Under the pieces are notes generated by a model. That model ran no database searches. It had not been told where the DNA came from and saw only the letters and a program-made list of their open reading frames with translations. Of a DNA stretch of 64,000 nucleotides, positions 51,701-60,035 are shown one piece after another (the stretch's first letter is position 1; every line of letters begins with the position of its first letter). Location: the IMG/VR virus record IMGVR_UViG_3300028827_000100, positions 41,879-105,878 of that record. One strand, given 5' to 3'. Made by a program: the position numbers and the translations under genes. This DNA is from a virus.

Positions 51701-52224
51701 GTCAATTGAGAAGTGAGTGTAGAGAGCCTGTGGCAGGTGAATACAACAGTAATATTCTGCTTGTGGGGGAGGCTCCGGGGAGAGATGAGGACAGGTATGG
51801 AAAGCCGTTTGTCGGGAAAGCCGGACAATTGCTGTTTAAAGTTCTTGGGAAATATGGTGTAGAAAGGTCAGATGTGAGCATAATAAATACGGTTAAGTGT
51901 TGGCCGTCAAAAACAAAAACGCCAGACAGTGAACACGTGAAAGCATGTAAAAGCCACTTTGTAAGGGAAATAAAACATATAGAGCCGGTTATAATTTTAT
52001 CTCTTGGCTCTATCGCATCAAAAGTTTTAAGTGACAACGATTCATTCAAGATAACTGAAAACGCTGGCACTTGTGAATATAATGACAAGATAGGGGCATG
52101 GGTTATGTATTGTCTTCACCCTTCCCATGTATTGAGGGGATATGAAAAGGACAGGGTAAAGTTGTTTACAGAGACTATAAGGTCTTTTGTTGAGAAAATA
52201 ATATTTTTAAATGGAGGCGAATAA
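48703..52224 (+). CDS. dnaE: DNA polymerase III alpha subunit fused to a C-terminal family-4 uracil-DNA glycosylase
   Basis: PHP HLHVHSDYS/TDHG/NDVHY; GRGSVGGSL; PDIDMDF; KYDILGL; then CSRCQL, GEAPG, PFVGKAG, NTVKC, HPS. Confidence 0.95.
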   Translation: MIHLHVHSDYSLLDGLCKIDSLFEKAKEAEHEAIAITDHGNLDCYVKALKASQKYGVKYIPAVEMYLANNVHKVEPKEKYRHLCLYALNMDGLSELFRILGYANQKFVRKPIVDIDTLTKDFDLTNIAVSTACLYGILSYNNCEEQIEKLIDATDNLFIEIMPHNIDEQVQMNERAVFVAEDYNLPLIATNDVHYIEAEHVNSHDVLLAINTNRKVNDKDRFRFKIRSLYYCTEDEMLKMFRKQKSVRIATAVKAIDNTNRLCELVDFKSFGGYGVELNVSGYKRKNFMRLIEMRFRNILKKIPAHKKEIYRERLKKELDLIVRKKFDTYFYVVYDIIKYARNNGIYVGCGRGSVGGSLLAYVLGITTVDPIKFGLSFERFIAEDRIDLPDIDMDFEDRKRDIVIQYISEKYGRDGTCNISTFGQLKPKGVIRDVARIHDVSRKDIDMVSKNLIKVSDDDNVEKLAEENEVVADFFMKYPELLEHSKNLENVIRNSGVHAAGIVVCEQDINETGRGYLVKRNNKYVLNWDKDDAEYMGFIKYDILGLNTLTVISECIRLIEERHGEFVDVYSLPLNDRKTLSLFEKGDTTGVFQFSSGGMKQLLKNFGIDKFHDLCVINALYRPGTLGGGIHEKYISVKRGEDEPNFYGSEAYRRVTKNTYGFIIYQEQLLKVFTEFGFTYSEADKIRKICSKKKGKSEIVKYKKRFVEYAVKNAGMKKSDASDLFDTLENFAEYAFNLAHATEYAMIGYWTAYLKCHYYDEYMQSLLTYGSEHNRQEYIDELMSRGYKFRNVNINRSSAIDWVVLDGEVYLPFISILGIGEKAARVLEQARNLHGEISTPEQLFQVVPDRKAVNKRIVNLLIDAGAFDDNSKIKKEMLKVKITFAEEVLDLYRRWLSSNNAGLVKVQKKLKDGKKVIVNFVEDDLNENVFVNVKHDTYASIAEGDLYYAGFSGKNMLGIATTEQMRKLELDSTGANIQVISGIEDASVVRRKIKKCSRCQLRSECREPVAGEYNSNILLVGEAPGRDEDRYGKPFVGKAGQLLFKVLGKYGVERSDVSIINTVKCWPSKTKTPDSEHVKACKSHFVREIKHIEPVIILSLGSIASKVLSDNDSFKITENAGTCEYNDKIGAWVMYCLHPSHVLRGYEKDRVKLFTETIRSFVEKIIFLNGGE

Positions 52225-53171
52225 TGTTTCATACTAAATACAGACCAAAAAATCTCCTTCAGTTTTATGGTAATGAAGAAGTTGTATCGGCAATAAAATT
52301 GATGCTGAAAGACGAAATCAAGCCGTATGCTTTTCTTATCACGGGTGAAAAGGGGACTGGGAAAACAACACTTGCAAGAATAATAGCAAAGAAACTTGGT
52401 GCAAGTGATTTAAGTTTGACGGAATTAAACTCTGCCGATATGAGAGGTATAGATACTTCAAGAGAAATAATAAATACATCTGCATATTCAACTTTTTTCG
52501 GCGATGTCAGGGTATATATATTTGACGAAGCTCATTCACAAACAAGGGAGGCGCAGGAAGCATTATTGAAATTACTTGAGTCGCCACCACGGAGAACACA
52601 CTACATTTTTTGCACAACAAATCCAGAAAAAATGCTTGATACTCTCAAGAGGAGATGCGTTCATTATCATTTAAAACCTCTCTCTTTCGATGAAAGAAAA
52701 AGGTTGTTTGATACTGTTGCTAAAAAGGAAAAGATAGAATATGACGATGATGTAAGAGAGCTTATTGTGGAAGAATCTCTTGGCAATCCTTCAATGTTGT
52801 TGTTGTATATGTATGAGTGTAGGGGATTAACGTATGAACAGGCCAGAAGTGTTATCAGGAGTCACGTGGACGATACAGACGAAGACATTATAGAACTTTG
52901 CAGAATGTTTCTGAAACCTCAAAGGATGAAGTGGAGTAAAATCATATCTGCTATTGACGCTATTCTTGAGAGGGTTTCGGCTGAAACGTTAAGGTTGACT
53001 ATGTATAGCTATTACACTACCATGTTAAAAAAAGCGAAAACTGACGAAGACATTTTATTTTCAATAGCCATACTTGAAGAAATTGACAGCCCGGTTTACG
53101 ACAATGCTAATGGGAATAGAAGGATTATATATATGCTTGCCCGTGTTTATGCCACATTGAAAGGTCTATAA
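52224..53171 (+). CDS. Clamp loader AAA+ subunit (DnaX/RFC-like)
   Basis: KYRPK, GEKGTGKTT, FDEAH, LLKLLE. Confidence 0.88.
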   Translation: MFHTKYRPKNLLQFYGNEEVVSAIKLMLKDEIKPYAFLITGEKGTGKTTLARIIAKKLGASDLSLTELNSADMRGIDTSREIINTSAYSTFFGDVRVYIFDEAHSQTREAQEALLKLLESPPRRTHYIFCTTNPEKMLDTLKRRCVHYHLKPLSFDERKRLFDTVAKKEKIEYDDDVRELIVEESLGNPSMLLLYMYECRGLTYEQARSVIRSHVDDTDEDIIELCRMFLKPQRMKWSKIISAIDAILERVSAETLRLTMYSYYTTMLKKAKTDEDILFSIAILEEIDSPVYDNANGNRRIIYMLARVYATLKGL

Positions 53172-53280
53172 GTAAAATTTATATCAGTATTAGTAATAGA
53201 CTTATAATATAAAAAAATTAATAAGTGTAATCAGTATATAGTATAATATATATGCCGGGGGTAGTGTGTCCACACACCCA
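53172..53280 (+). promoter_or_regulatory. AT-rich tract, TATAAT and conserved leader (copy 2)
   Basis: TATAAT 53242-53247; 53241-53273 matches 38658-38690 at 30/33 nt. Confidence 0.7.
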
Positions 53281-53316
53281 TTTTTACACACACTTTTTCA
53301 CACTCAAGGAGGTAGT

Positions 53317-53844
53317 ATGAAAAAAGCAAAGGTAAAGGCAAAGGTAAAGGCAAAGACTGCGGAGGGGGTTGATTCTACTCTCAAGAAAAGACTCTCATTC
53401 GATGAGAGTAACATGGAAACTCATATCATGCAACAAGCGGCATGGTATGAGTTTTATGGAGAGATGTGGGCAGAGGCGGTTCGCAACGTGTCTTCTCTTC
53501 AAATCAAGCTCGAAGCCCTTTATGCTGAACTTGATGCAGAAATAAGGGCGAAGGCAGACAGGGCCGGAGAGAAGATAACAGAAGCAAAGATAGCCGCTTC
53601 CATCAAATCGGACAAGCGATATATTCGGGCGAAAGAGGAGCTTGTCGAAGCAGAGTTTGAGGCTAACCGATGTTATATTATAAGGCAGGCTTTCCAGCAA
53701 AAGAAAGATATGCTTGACGTTCTTATGCGGAAAGCCATCAAGGATATGTTTGCGGATGTCAGTACGACAGGCCTTGTCGATAAAACATCCGCTAATCTCA
53801 TACGGAACAAAATGAAGAAATCCAAAAAGAAAGGGGGTGAGTAA
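53317..53844 (+). CDS. UvsY-like recombination mediator
   Basis: Long helical protein, KITEAKI..Y..AFQQKKDML; upstream of SSB and RecA; AAGGAGG RBS favours ATG 53317. Confidence 0.6.
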   Translation: MKKAKVKAKVKAKTAEGVDSTLKKRLSFDESNMETHIMQQAAWYEFYGEMWAEAVRNVSSLQIKLEALYAELDAEIRAKADRAGEKITEAKIAASIKSDKRYIRAKEELVEAEFEANRCYIIRQAFQQKKDMLDVLMRKAIKDMFADVSTTGLVDKTSANLIRNKMKKSKKKGGE

Positions 53845-54657
53845 GTGAAAAAGTTAAAGAAGTTCAAAAAGCCAAGCGGGAAGAAGAAATCCCTGAAGGC
53901 AGGCAGGAAATTCAAGTTTGCCACTGCCGATGCTATTAAGAAAAGAATAGAGAATATCGGCAAGGGGCGGTGGGCAACGTATCTGTCGGATACATATGAC
54001 AGGTACAAAATCAAACAGGGAGACAATTTCATTAGATTGCTCCCTTTGATTTTGCCTGAAGATGTCGAAGGCGATTTTGCCTATGACATTTATGTCCACA
54101 GCCGTCTCGGTGCAAACAGCGATTCTTTTGTGTGTGTGGAACAGATGTGGAATGACACTTGTGAGCTGTGTCATCTCCACAGAGTGGCCGCAAGAGAAGG
54201 GGATGAAGAGATGGCGTCAGAGTTACGGCCATACAGACGTTCAATAGGCCTGTGTCTTGATGTCCACCCTAAAAGAGATTTGCGGCAGTCAGACGATATA
54301 CTTGTCATTGACATGCCCGCATCTCTTGCGGATGAGATAGCAAGGCATGCGGTCTCAAAAGAGACAGGGGCCATTATCCCGCTGAACGACCCGGACAAAG
54401 GTCGAGTGGTCATTTTCGAGTATATTAAGGGGAAGACAAAATATGGAAGTTACGGCGGCGTCCAGGTTGGCCGAAAGTTCCCCGTGGACGATGATATACT
54501 CGATGCTATTGTCCCGGTTGAGGACGTTATAGCAATGCCTGACGAAAAGGTTTTGCAGAACGTCCTTGACTATTACGAGAGGGACGGAAGCGACGATAGA
54601 GATGGAAATGATTTCGCCCATGAGGGCGACTATTATGAAGAAGAAGAGGAGGAGTAA
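53845..54657 (+). CDS. gp32-like single-stranded DNA-binding protein
   Basis: GDNFIRLLP, H..C..CELC Zn ligands, DPDKGR, acidic C-terminus. Confidence 0.75.
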   Translation: MKKLKKFKKPSGKKKSLKAGRKFKFATADAIKKRIENIGKGRWATYLSDTYDRYKIKQGDNFIRLLPLILPEDVEGDFAYDIYVHSRLGANSDSFVCVEQMWNDTCELCHLHRVAAREGDEEMASELRPYRRSIGLCLDVHPKRDLRQSDDILVIDMPASLADEIARHAVSKETGAIIPLNDPDKGRVVIFEYIKGKTKYGSYGGVQVGRKFPVDDDILDAIVPVEDVIAMPDEKVLQNVLDYYERDGSDDRDGNDFAHEGDYYEEEEEE

Positions 54658-54658
54658 A

Positions 54659-55324
54659 ATGGTCATTAAGATCGACAAAGAGTCTTTCAGAGAGTTTTTG
54701 AACAGCCTTGAGGAGGCTGTAGAATACGGGAAGAGCTTTCTCGATGACGATGTCTCTAATGTCGAAAATAATGCTGACGAAGGCAATGTTGGTGGGGAAG
54801 GTAGTGACGATATAGACTGGGAGTATCTTTCTTCCCTTGACATGGAGGAGCTTGTTTCTTTCGTCGAAGAAAATGAACTCCCTATTGACCCGGATGAATA
54901 CGAAGATGAGGACGAATTTCGGGAGGCTGTTGCTGAAGAAATCGGAGTGCCTGTAGAGAGTGGCGAATCGGAAAGTGATGATGCTGGAGAGGACGACAGC
55001 ATCGATTGGGATTACCTTGCTTCTCTCGATTTTGACGAACTCTCTATGTTTATTGAGGAGAATGAACTTCCTGTTGACCCGGATGAATACGAAGATGAGG
55101 ACGATCTTCGGATAGCTATTGCAAATGAAATTGATGTTGAAGTCCCGAAGCCGAAGCCCCGGAAGTCAGGGACGGCAAGGAAATCATCTGTGAGGTCACA
55201 GATGAAGTCTGCCGTATCCAAGAAATCCTCATCAAAGAAGAAGACAGCAAAGAAAAAGACCGCAAAGAAGAAGACAGCAAAGAAAAAGACTGCAAAGAAG
55301 AAGACCGCAAAGAGAAGGCGGTAG
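54659..55324 (+). CDS. Acidic tandem-repeat protein with histone H1-like C-terminal tail
   Basis: GAGGAG RBS before ATG 54659; two acidic repeats 63 aa apart; (KKKTA)5KRRR. Confidence 0.7.
   Translation: MVIKIDKESFREFLNSLEEAVEYGKSFLDDDVSNVENNADEGNVGGEGSDDIDWEYLSSLDMEELVSFVEENELPIDPDEYEDEDEFREAVAEEIGVPVESGESESDDAGEDDSIDWDYLASLDFDELSMFIEENELPVDPDEYEDEDDLRIAIANEIDVEVPKPKPRKSGTARKSSVRSQMKSAVSKKSSSKKKTAKKKTAKKKTAKKKTAKKKTAKRRR
54815..55138 (+). repeat. Direct repeat pair, 189-nt period
   Basis: Identical 31-mer TTGACCCGGATGAATACGAAGATGAGGACGA at 54885 and 55074. Confidence 0.9.
55235..55309 (+). repeat. 5 x 15-nt repeat encoding KKKTA
   Basis: AAGAARAAGACNGCA x5. Confidence 0.9.
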
Positions 55325-55343
55325 GCGGTCATTGTACCGTTAG

Positions 55344-55374
55344 AGGGGCGGCATAATGCCGCCCCTATTTTTTT
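55344..55374 (+). terminator. Rho-independent terminator
   Basis: AGGGGCGGCA-taa-TGCCGCCCCT then A and T7. Confidence 0.88.
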
Positions 55375-55388
55375 AGACGGGAGAAAAA

Positions 55389-56459
55389 ATGCCAAAAAAA
55401 ACACTGTCAACTATAGCAACTATAGGCGAATCACTCTCATCGGTTATACAGGCATCAAAAAACATTAACTGTATTCCGACTGGATGCACGCTATTAGACC
55501 TTGCTCTTGCGGCAGAAAGCAACAATGGCTACAGCGGCATTGTAGAGGGCAGGATAACAAATATATTTGGTGATGAAAGTTCAGGGAAAACACTTTTATC
55601 CCTATCTATAGGTGGGCAACTTCAGCTTATAGATGGGACTGCAAGAGTATATATAGATGATGTTGAGAACGCCCTCGACGTTGTTTGGGCAATAGAGTGT
55701 TTCGGACTTGACCCGGACAGAACATTTCTTCTCAACAGTGATACTGTTGAGTCTATGGAAAAGAATGTCACTCTTGTGTGTGAGTCTGCAAAGAAAGACA
55801 GAGTGAAAGCACTATATATTCTTGACAGTCTCGATGCTCTTACAACGCAAATGGAGAAAGATGACCTTGCAAAGAGGGTCAGGGGTAAAACTACTTCGGA
55901 CGAAGATATTGAACAAAGAAACATGAGGATAAAACTGGAAAAGTCAAACCTTATGTCTTCATTCTACAATAGTATGAAAAAGAAATTGCCACAGAGCGGC
56001 GTTACTCTGATAGTTATCTCTCAAGTTCGTACCAACTTGAGAAAAGTTTTTGGAGACAAGGATGACATTGCTGGGGGGAACGCAACGAAGTTCTATTCGA
56101 CCCACAGAATTAAAATCGTAAAGACGGGGACTATATATCAGCAGGTGGCTTCAAGGAAGAGGGCTATTGGAGTAAAGACAAAAGCAAAGATAATAAAAAA
56201 CAAGGTTCAGGAGCCATATCACGAAGCGGAATTTCCCATATACTTCAACAAAGGGATTGATGATATAGAAGCCTGTGTTGATTTCCTTATGTCAATGAAA
56301 GAAGTTAATCCTAAAGCGATAAAGTGGTATGGTAGAACATACAAGTCCAAAAAGGACTTCATCCTTTCTATAAAGGAAAACGGAAACAGGATGAAAAGGG
56401 TGAAGGACAAGGTAAGGAAAACATGGTTTGAAAAAATAAAAATAAAGGTAGGTGAATAA
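55389..56459 (+). CDS. recA: RecA/UvsX recombinase
   Basis: IPTGCTLLDLAL, GDESSGKT, ILDSL, ISQVR, GGNATKFY, KNKV. Confidence 0.92.
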   Translation: MPKKTLSTIATIGESLSSVIQASKNINCIPTGCTLLDLALAAESNNGYSGIVEGRITNIFGDESSGKTLLSLSIGGQLQLIDGTARVYIDDVENALDVVWAIECFGLDPDRTFLLNSDTVESMEKNVTLVCESAKKDRVKALYILDSLDALTTQMEKDDLAKRVRGKTTSDEDIEQRNMRIKLEKSNLMSSFYNSMKKKLPQSGVTLIVISQVRTNLRKVFGDKDDIAGGNATKFYSTHRIKIVKTGTIYQQVASRKRAIGVKTKAKIIKNKVQEPYHEAEFPIYFNKGIDDIEACVDFLMSMKEVNPKAIKWYGRTYKSKKDFILSIKENGNRMKRVKDKVRKTWFEKIKIKVGE

Positions 56460-56465
56460 GGCGAT

Positions 56466-57500
56466 ATGATAATAATAGGAGATATCCAGCTTAACGATCC
56501 GGCAGACTTTGAATACGTGGATGAAGATGGTGAAAGAAAAAACTTTCTTCTTGAGGCAGGATTGAACTCTGTGGAGTATTGTCTGTCAAAGGCGGTAGAG
56601 ATGAAAGAAAGAGAAGTCGTGTTTACAGGCGACATCTTCGAGGCCAAGGACAGATTGAAAAACAGAGTTAAAAATTCCCTGATTGATATTCTTGAAAAGT
56701 ACGTCGACTCTTTGAATATGAGAGTTGTTGTTGGAAATCACGACCGAAACAGGGAAGGGCATCTAAATGTCAAGTGGCTATCACCCTATGCAGATATATA
56801 TACTGCGCCTGAAATTGTGCGATTTGACGGAGTTCGGGTTGCCATGATACCACACTTGCACGACGGTGGAGAGATAGAAAGATTTATCAGGAGCAACCGT
56901 GGCAGGGTGGATATGATTATAGGTCACTTTGCAATAGACAGCATAAAATTTTCGGGTGGTAAAAAAGAGATGGTTTCAGAGAAATATCTTAAAAACATTC
57001 CCTTCGTTGTACTCGGCCACATTCACGAGCAGATGAAGATAAATATGAGGTTGTGGACTGTGGGTAGTCCATACCAATGTACTTTCTCCGAATTGACTCA
57101 AAAGTATTTTCTCAAATACAAAGGGCCGGGATTGAACTGTACACGTCACAAAATTCCCCTGTATGTAAACAGGGCCGTGTTCAGGATAAAAGACGAAAGA
57201 GACCTTAAACAGGTTGCAGAGACAGATGCGAACGTTGTGAGGTTTGACATAGCCAACATGGCGGTAGTAGAAAGGTTATCCAAGGTGGCGAATGAGAATA
57301 GCAATATAAAATTTAAATTTTTCAACTATCTGCCGGACGACAGCGATATGGTGGAAAGTAAAATAGTATCCAAAGAGCCTGAAAAGTTCATGAAGGACTT
57401 TTTCAGGGAATCTCTCAAAAGCATGAAAGGGGAAAAGGGATACTGGATATACAAACTTGTATCTGAAAGGATAACAGGATTTGCGGAGGCTGGAAGATGA
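56466..57500 (+). CDS. SbcD/Mre11-like (gp47-like) metallophosphoesterase nuclease
   Basis: GDIQ, GDIFE, GNHD, GHF, GHIH, GSPYQ. Confidence 0.88.
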   Translation: MIIIGDIQLNDPADFEYVDEDGERKNFLLEAGLNSVEYCLSKAVEMKEREVVFTGDIFEAKDRLKNRVKNSLIDILEKYVDSLNMRVVVGNHDRNREGHLNVKWLSPYADIYTAPEIVRFDGVRVAMIPHLHDGGEIERFIRSNRGRVDMIIGHFAIDSIKFSGGKKEMVSEKYLKNIPFVVLGHIHEQMKINMRLWTVGSPYQCTFSELTQKYFLKYKGPGLNCTRHKIPLYVNRAVFRIKDERDLKQVAETDANVVRFDIANMAVVERLSKVANENSNIKFKFFNYLPDDSDMVESKIVSKEPEKFMKDFFRESLKSMKGEKGYWIYKLVSERITGFAEAGR

Positions 57501-59215
57501 ACATAACCTCAATAGAGGTAGAAGGATTTGCTTCTATAAAAAGGAAAACAAAATTTATATTCAGACCTGAACTTCACCTTGTGTACGGAAATGTTGGTTC
57601 GGGAAAAAGCAGTTTCTTTGTAGATGCTCTTGTGTGGTGTCTGTATGGAACGCCGTACAAGGCGATAGAAATAAAGGATGTAATTTCAGACAATTCTGAA
57701 ATTGCGAGAGTAAAACTGGAGACTGAAAAGGGGACGATAGAGAGAATAAGAACTGTAGACAACACAAGTGCCATTACGTTGAATGGGGAGTCTGTTACAC
57801 AGGAAACACTCGACAGCATAATAGGAATAGACAAAAATATGTTTTTCAACAGCGTCGTGTTCGGTCAGAACATGACAGGTTTTCTGCTTCTCGACGACAA
57901 TTCAAGGAGAGAGATAATATCAAGGATAAACATTGACTTCATAAACAGGTATATTGAGGCGATAAATCTGCTTGAGAGGGAAAATGAGAAAGAGATACGT
58001 GAACTTTCTGAAGAAAAAATAAAGAGTATAGAAGATTCCATTGGCGAGTTGGAATCAATGAAAGAGTTCCAAAAATCTCTCCGGGAAAGAGAAAAGAAGA
58101 AAAAAGAGGCAAAGGCAAGAGTGGCCGAATTGAAGAAAAAGATGCTACCTTTAAAGAAAAGAGAAAAAGAAATAGGGAATGAAATGGCGGCAGTATCAAA
58201 AAAGATAGATGCCGCAATGCACAAGGTCGCTCCCTTGAGGGCAAAAACAAAATCCCTGATTGAGAAATCGAGAGAGATAGCATACAGAAAAAAGACTCTT
58301 GAAAAGGATATACAGAACATGGAAGAAATGCAGGTATGCCCTACCTGCAAGCAGACAATACCGGAAAAACACAAAAAGAAAGTAAGAAAGGATGCTGGTT
58401 CTGAAATCTCAAAGCTGGAAGTGGAACTTAACAAACTCAATGCGGATATAGCTGAACGGGAAAAAAATATAAAAGAGATAGAGGACAGGAAAGAAAAATT
58501 ATACAGGCAGATGTATGCTCTCGAAAAGAAGGACAAAGAAATAGCAGTACATATGAAAGAGATTGAAGGCGAAATGGACTATTGTCTTTCGATACTCAAA
58601 GAGAGCAACGACAGCGTTGAAGAAGAATACGAGAGTAAACTTGCAAGACTCAAGCGGGAGAGAAGGAAGCTCGAAGACAGGTTGAGAATTAAGAGGGTTG
58701 AGGCCGAAGCCATAAGGTTCTGGAATATAAAGGTGAAGGAAGCCCAATCAAAACTTTACGACATGGTACTTGACAGTTTTGCGCCGTTGTGCAACAAGTT
58801 CCTGCTGAAGTTGACGAATGGCAAGATGGCAGTGCAGATGAAAACGAAGACCACCGGAAAGAAGAGAATAACAAATAAATTTACCATAGAGGTTTTTGTC
58901 AACGAGCGTCCTGTAAGTTTTAAAAGGCTTTCCGGGGGTGAGAAGAAAACGTTGTCCATAGCTCTCAACCTTGCATTCTCCATGCTTCTTCACATGCACT
59001 TTGCGGGGGACTGGAATCTTGTTGTGCTGGACGAGAGCTTTGAGAATCTTGACGACATAACGATAGACAGAATGATAGACATTCTAATAGACATAAAACA
59101 GAATACCGGAAAAACAATAATACTCATAACACACAGAATATACAGGCAGGAAGACGCAATCGTTGTTAATTGTGTTAAGGGGAAAAACGGAACTGAACTT
59201 ACAGTGGAGAATTGA
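57497..59215 (+). CDS. SbcC/Rad50-like (gp46-like) ATPase
   Basis: GNVGSGKS, CPTC zinc hook, LSGGE, LDE..LD, ITH. Confidence 0.92.
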   Translation: MNITSIEVEGFASIKRKTKFIFRPELHLVYGNVGSGKSSFFVDALVWCLYGTPYKAIEIKDVISDNSEIARVKLETEKGTIERIRTVDNTSAITLNGESVTQETLDSIIGIDKNMFFNSVVFGQNMTGFLLLDDNSRREIISRINIDFINRYIEAINLLERENEKEIRELSEEKIKSIEDSIGELESMKEFQKSLREREKKKKEAKARVAELKKKMLPLKKREKEIGNEMAAVSKKIDAAMHKVAPLRAKTKSLIEKSREIAYRKKTLEKDIQNMEEMQVCPTCKQTIPEKHKKKVRKDAGSEISKLEVELNKLNADIAEREKNIKEIEDRKEKLYRQMYALEKKDKEIAVHMKEIEGEMDYCLSILKESNDSVEEEYESKLARLKRERRKLEDRLRIKRVEAEAIRFWNIKVKEAQSKLYDMVLDSFAPLCNKFLLKLTNGKMAVQMKTKTTGKKRITNKFTIEVFVNERPVSFKRLSGGEKKTLSIALNLAFSMLLHMHFAGDWNLVVLDESFENLDDITIDRMIDILIDIKQNTGKTIILITHRIYRQEDAIVVNCVKGKNGTELTVEN

Positions 59216-59219
59216 CAGA

Positions 59220-59498
59220 ATGTCTAAAAACAGCATGGTGATTAATGCAAGGCTTTCGGCAATGAAACTGTACTTTGCCTTGACGAAAGCAATCATATAT
59301 CCGGACGAACTGAAAGCATTACACAACGATGTAGCAAAGAGTCTAAATCCAATTCTGAAAAGAGGTGGGATTATAAAGGTGGCAGAGCCGACGCCTTCAG
59401 AATTGGAAGAACACAGAAGGAAATGCGGAAAGGGGGTGAGACATGAGGGTAGAGACGGGGTTGTCGTTTTCAAACGAGTAAATATATTCAGGAGGTAA
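59220..59498 (+). CDS. Hypothetical protein
   Basis: Packed ORF; GGAG RBS. Confidence 0.45.
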   Translation: MSKNSMVINARLSAMKLYFALTKAIIYPDELKALHNDVAKSLNPILKRGGIIKVAEPTPSELEEHRRKCGKGVRHEGRDGVVVFKRVNIFRR

Positions 59499-59504
59499 AA
59501 AAAA

Positions 59505-60035
59505 GTGTTTGTAGACAGGAAAACTTTTATTGAGACGGTACATCTTATAGACGCCGCTATCGAAGGTGGATATACGCCTTCGAGGGCAATGGAAGAACTG
59601 GCAGGCGTTTTTATGAGAGAGCCGATTCACGTCGGGGAAAGCGTAAGTATAAAAGTTGTACTCGTTGTAATTCCCACTCTGATCGGGACTCTGAAAAGAA
59701 AGTCTCCGGTAATGTATGAAGACATAAAGTCTCTCATGGGAATAACAAACGAGACGGTCGAAAAGTTTATATCTGAACTAAAGGACGGTGTACCACTGCC
59801 CCGTGATGTGTCCATACCGCTTGAAACAATCGACAGAGATGCGTTTACAGTCTCAATTTTTCTTGCAAGTATGCTGATACACAACAGTGCTCTTGCAAAG
59901 AGCATTCTGTCCCTGTCGATATATCTCTACATGAACGAGTCTATAAGGGAGTTTGCATCGTCCATTGACGTTGAAGACTTTTTAAGAAAAAGTTTTGTTC
60001 CATCTCCAACAACAAGGGAGGTTGGAAATGCATAA
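59505..60035 (+). CDS. Hypothetical protein
   Basis: AGGAGG RBS, GTG start. Confidence 0.55.
   Translation: MFVDRKTFIETVHLIDAAIEGGYTPSRAMEELAGVFMREPIHVGESVSIKVVLVVIPTLIGTLKRKSPVMYEDIKSLMGITNETVEKFISELKDGVPLPRDVSIPLETIDRDAFTVSIFLASMLIHNSALAKSILSLSIYLYMNESIREFASSIDVEDFLRKSFVPSPTTREVGNA

Noticed and set aside
48703-52224. Intein or intron in DnaE, terminase, helicase or RecA
   Set aside because: No splice-junction or homing endonuclease motifs; the extra DnaE length is explained by the UDG domain
54566-54658. Frameshift fusion of SSB with the acidic-repeat ORF suggested by the ORF-track overlap
   Set aside because: The downstream ORF has its own RBS and ATG at 54659 and no slippery site is evident
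54815-55138. Repeat pair as a DGR template/variable region
   Set aside because: Differences are not adenine-specific, both copies are in one ORF, and no reverse transcriptase is present
43291-57500. Motif deviations in the SF2 helicase (DESR, AGMP) and SbcD (DIQ for DxH) as signs of inactivation
   Set aside because: Other catalytic motifs are intact and such variation is common in phage homologues; cannot be judged without alignments
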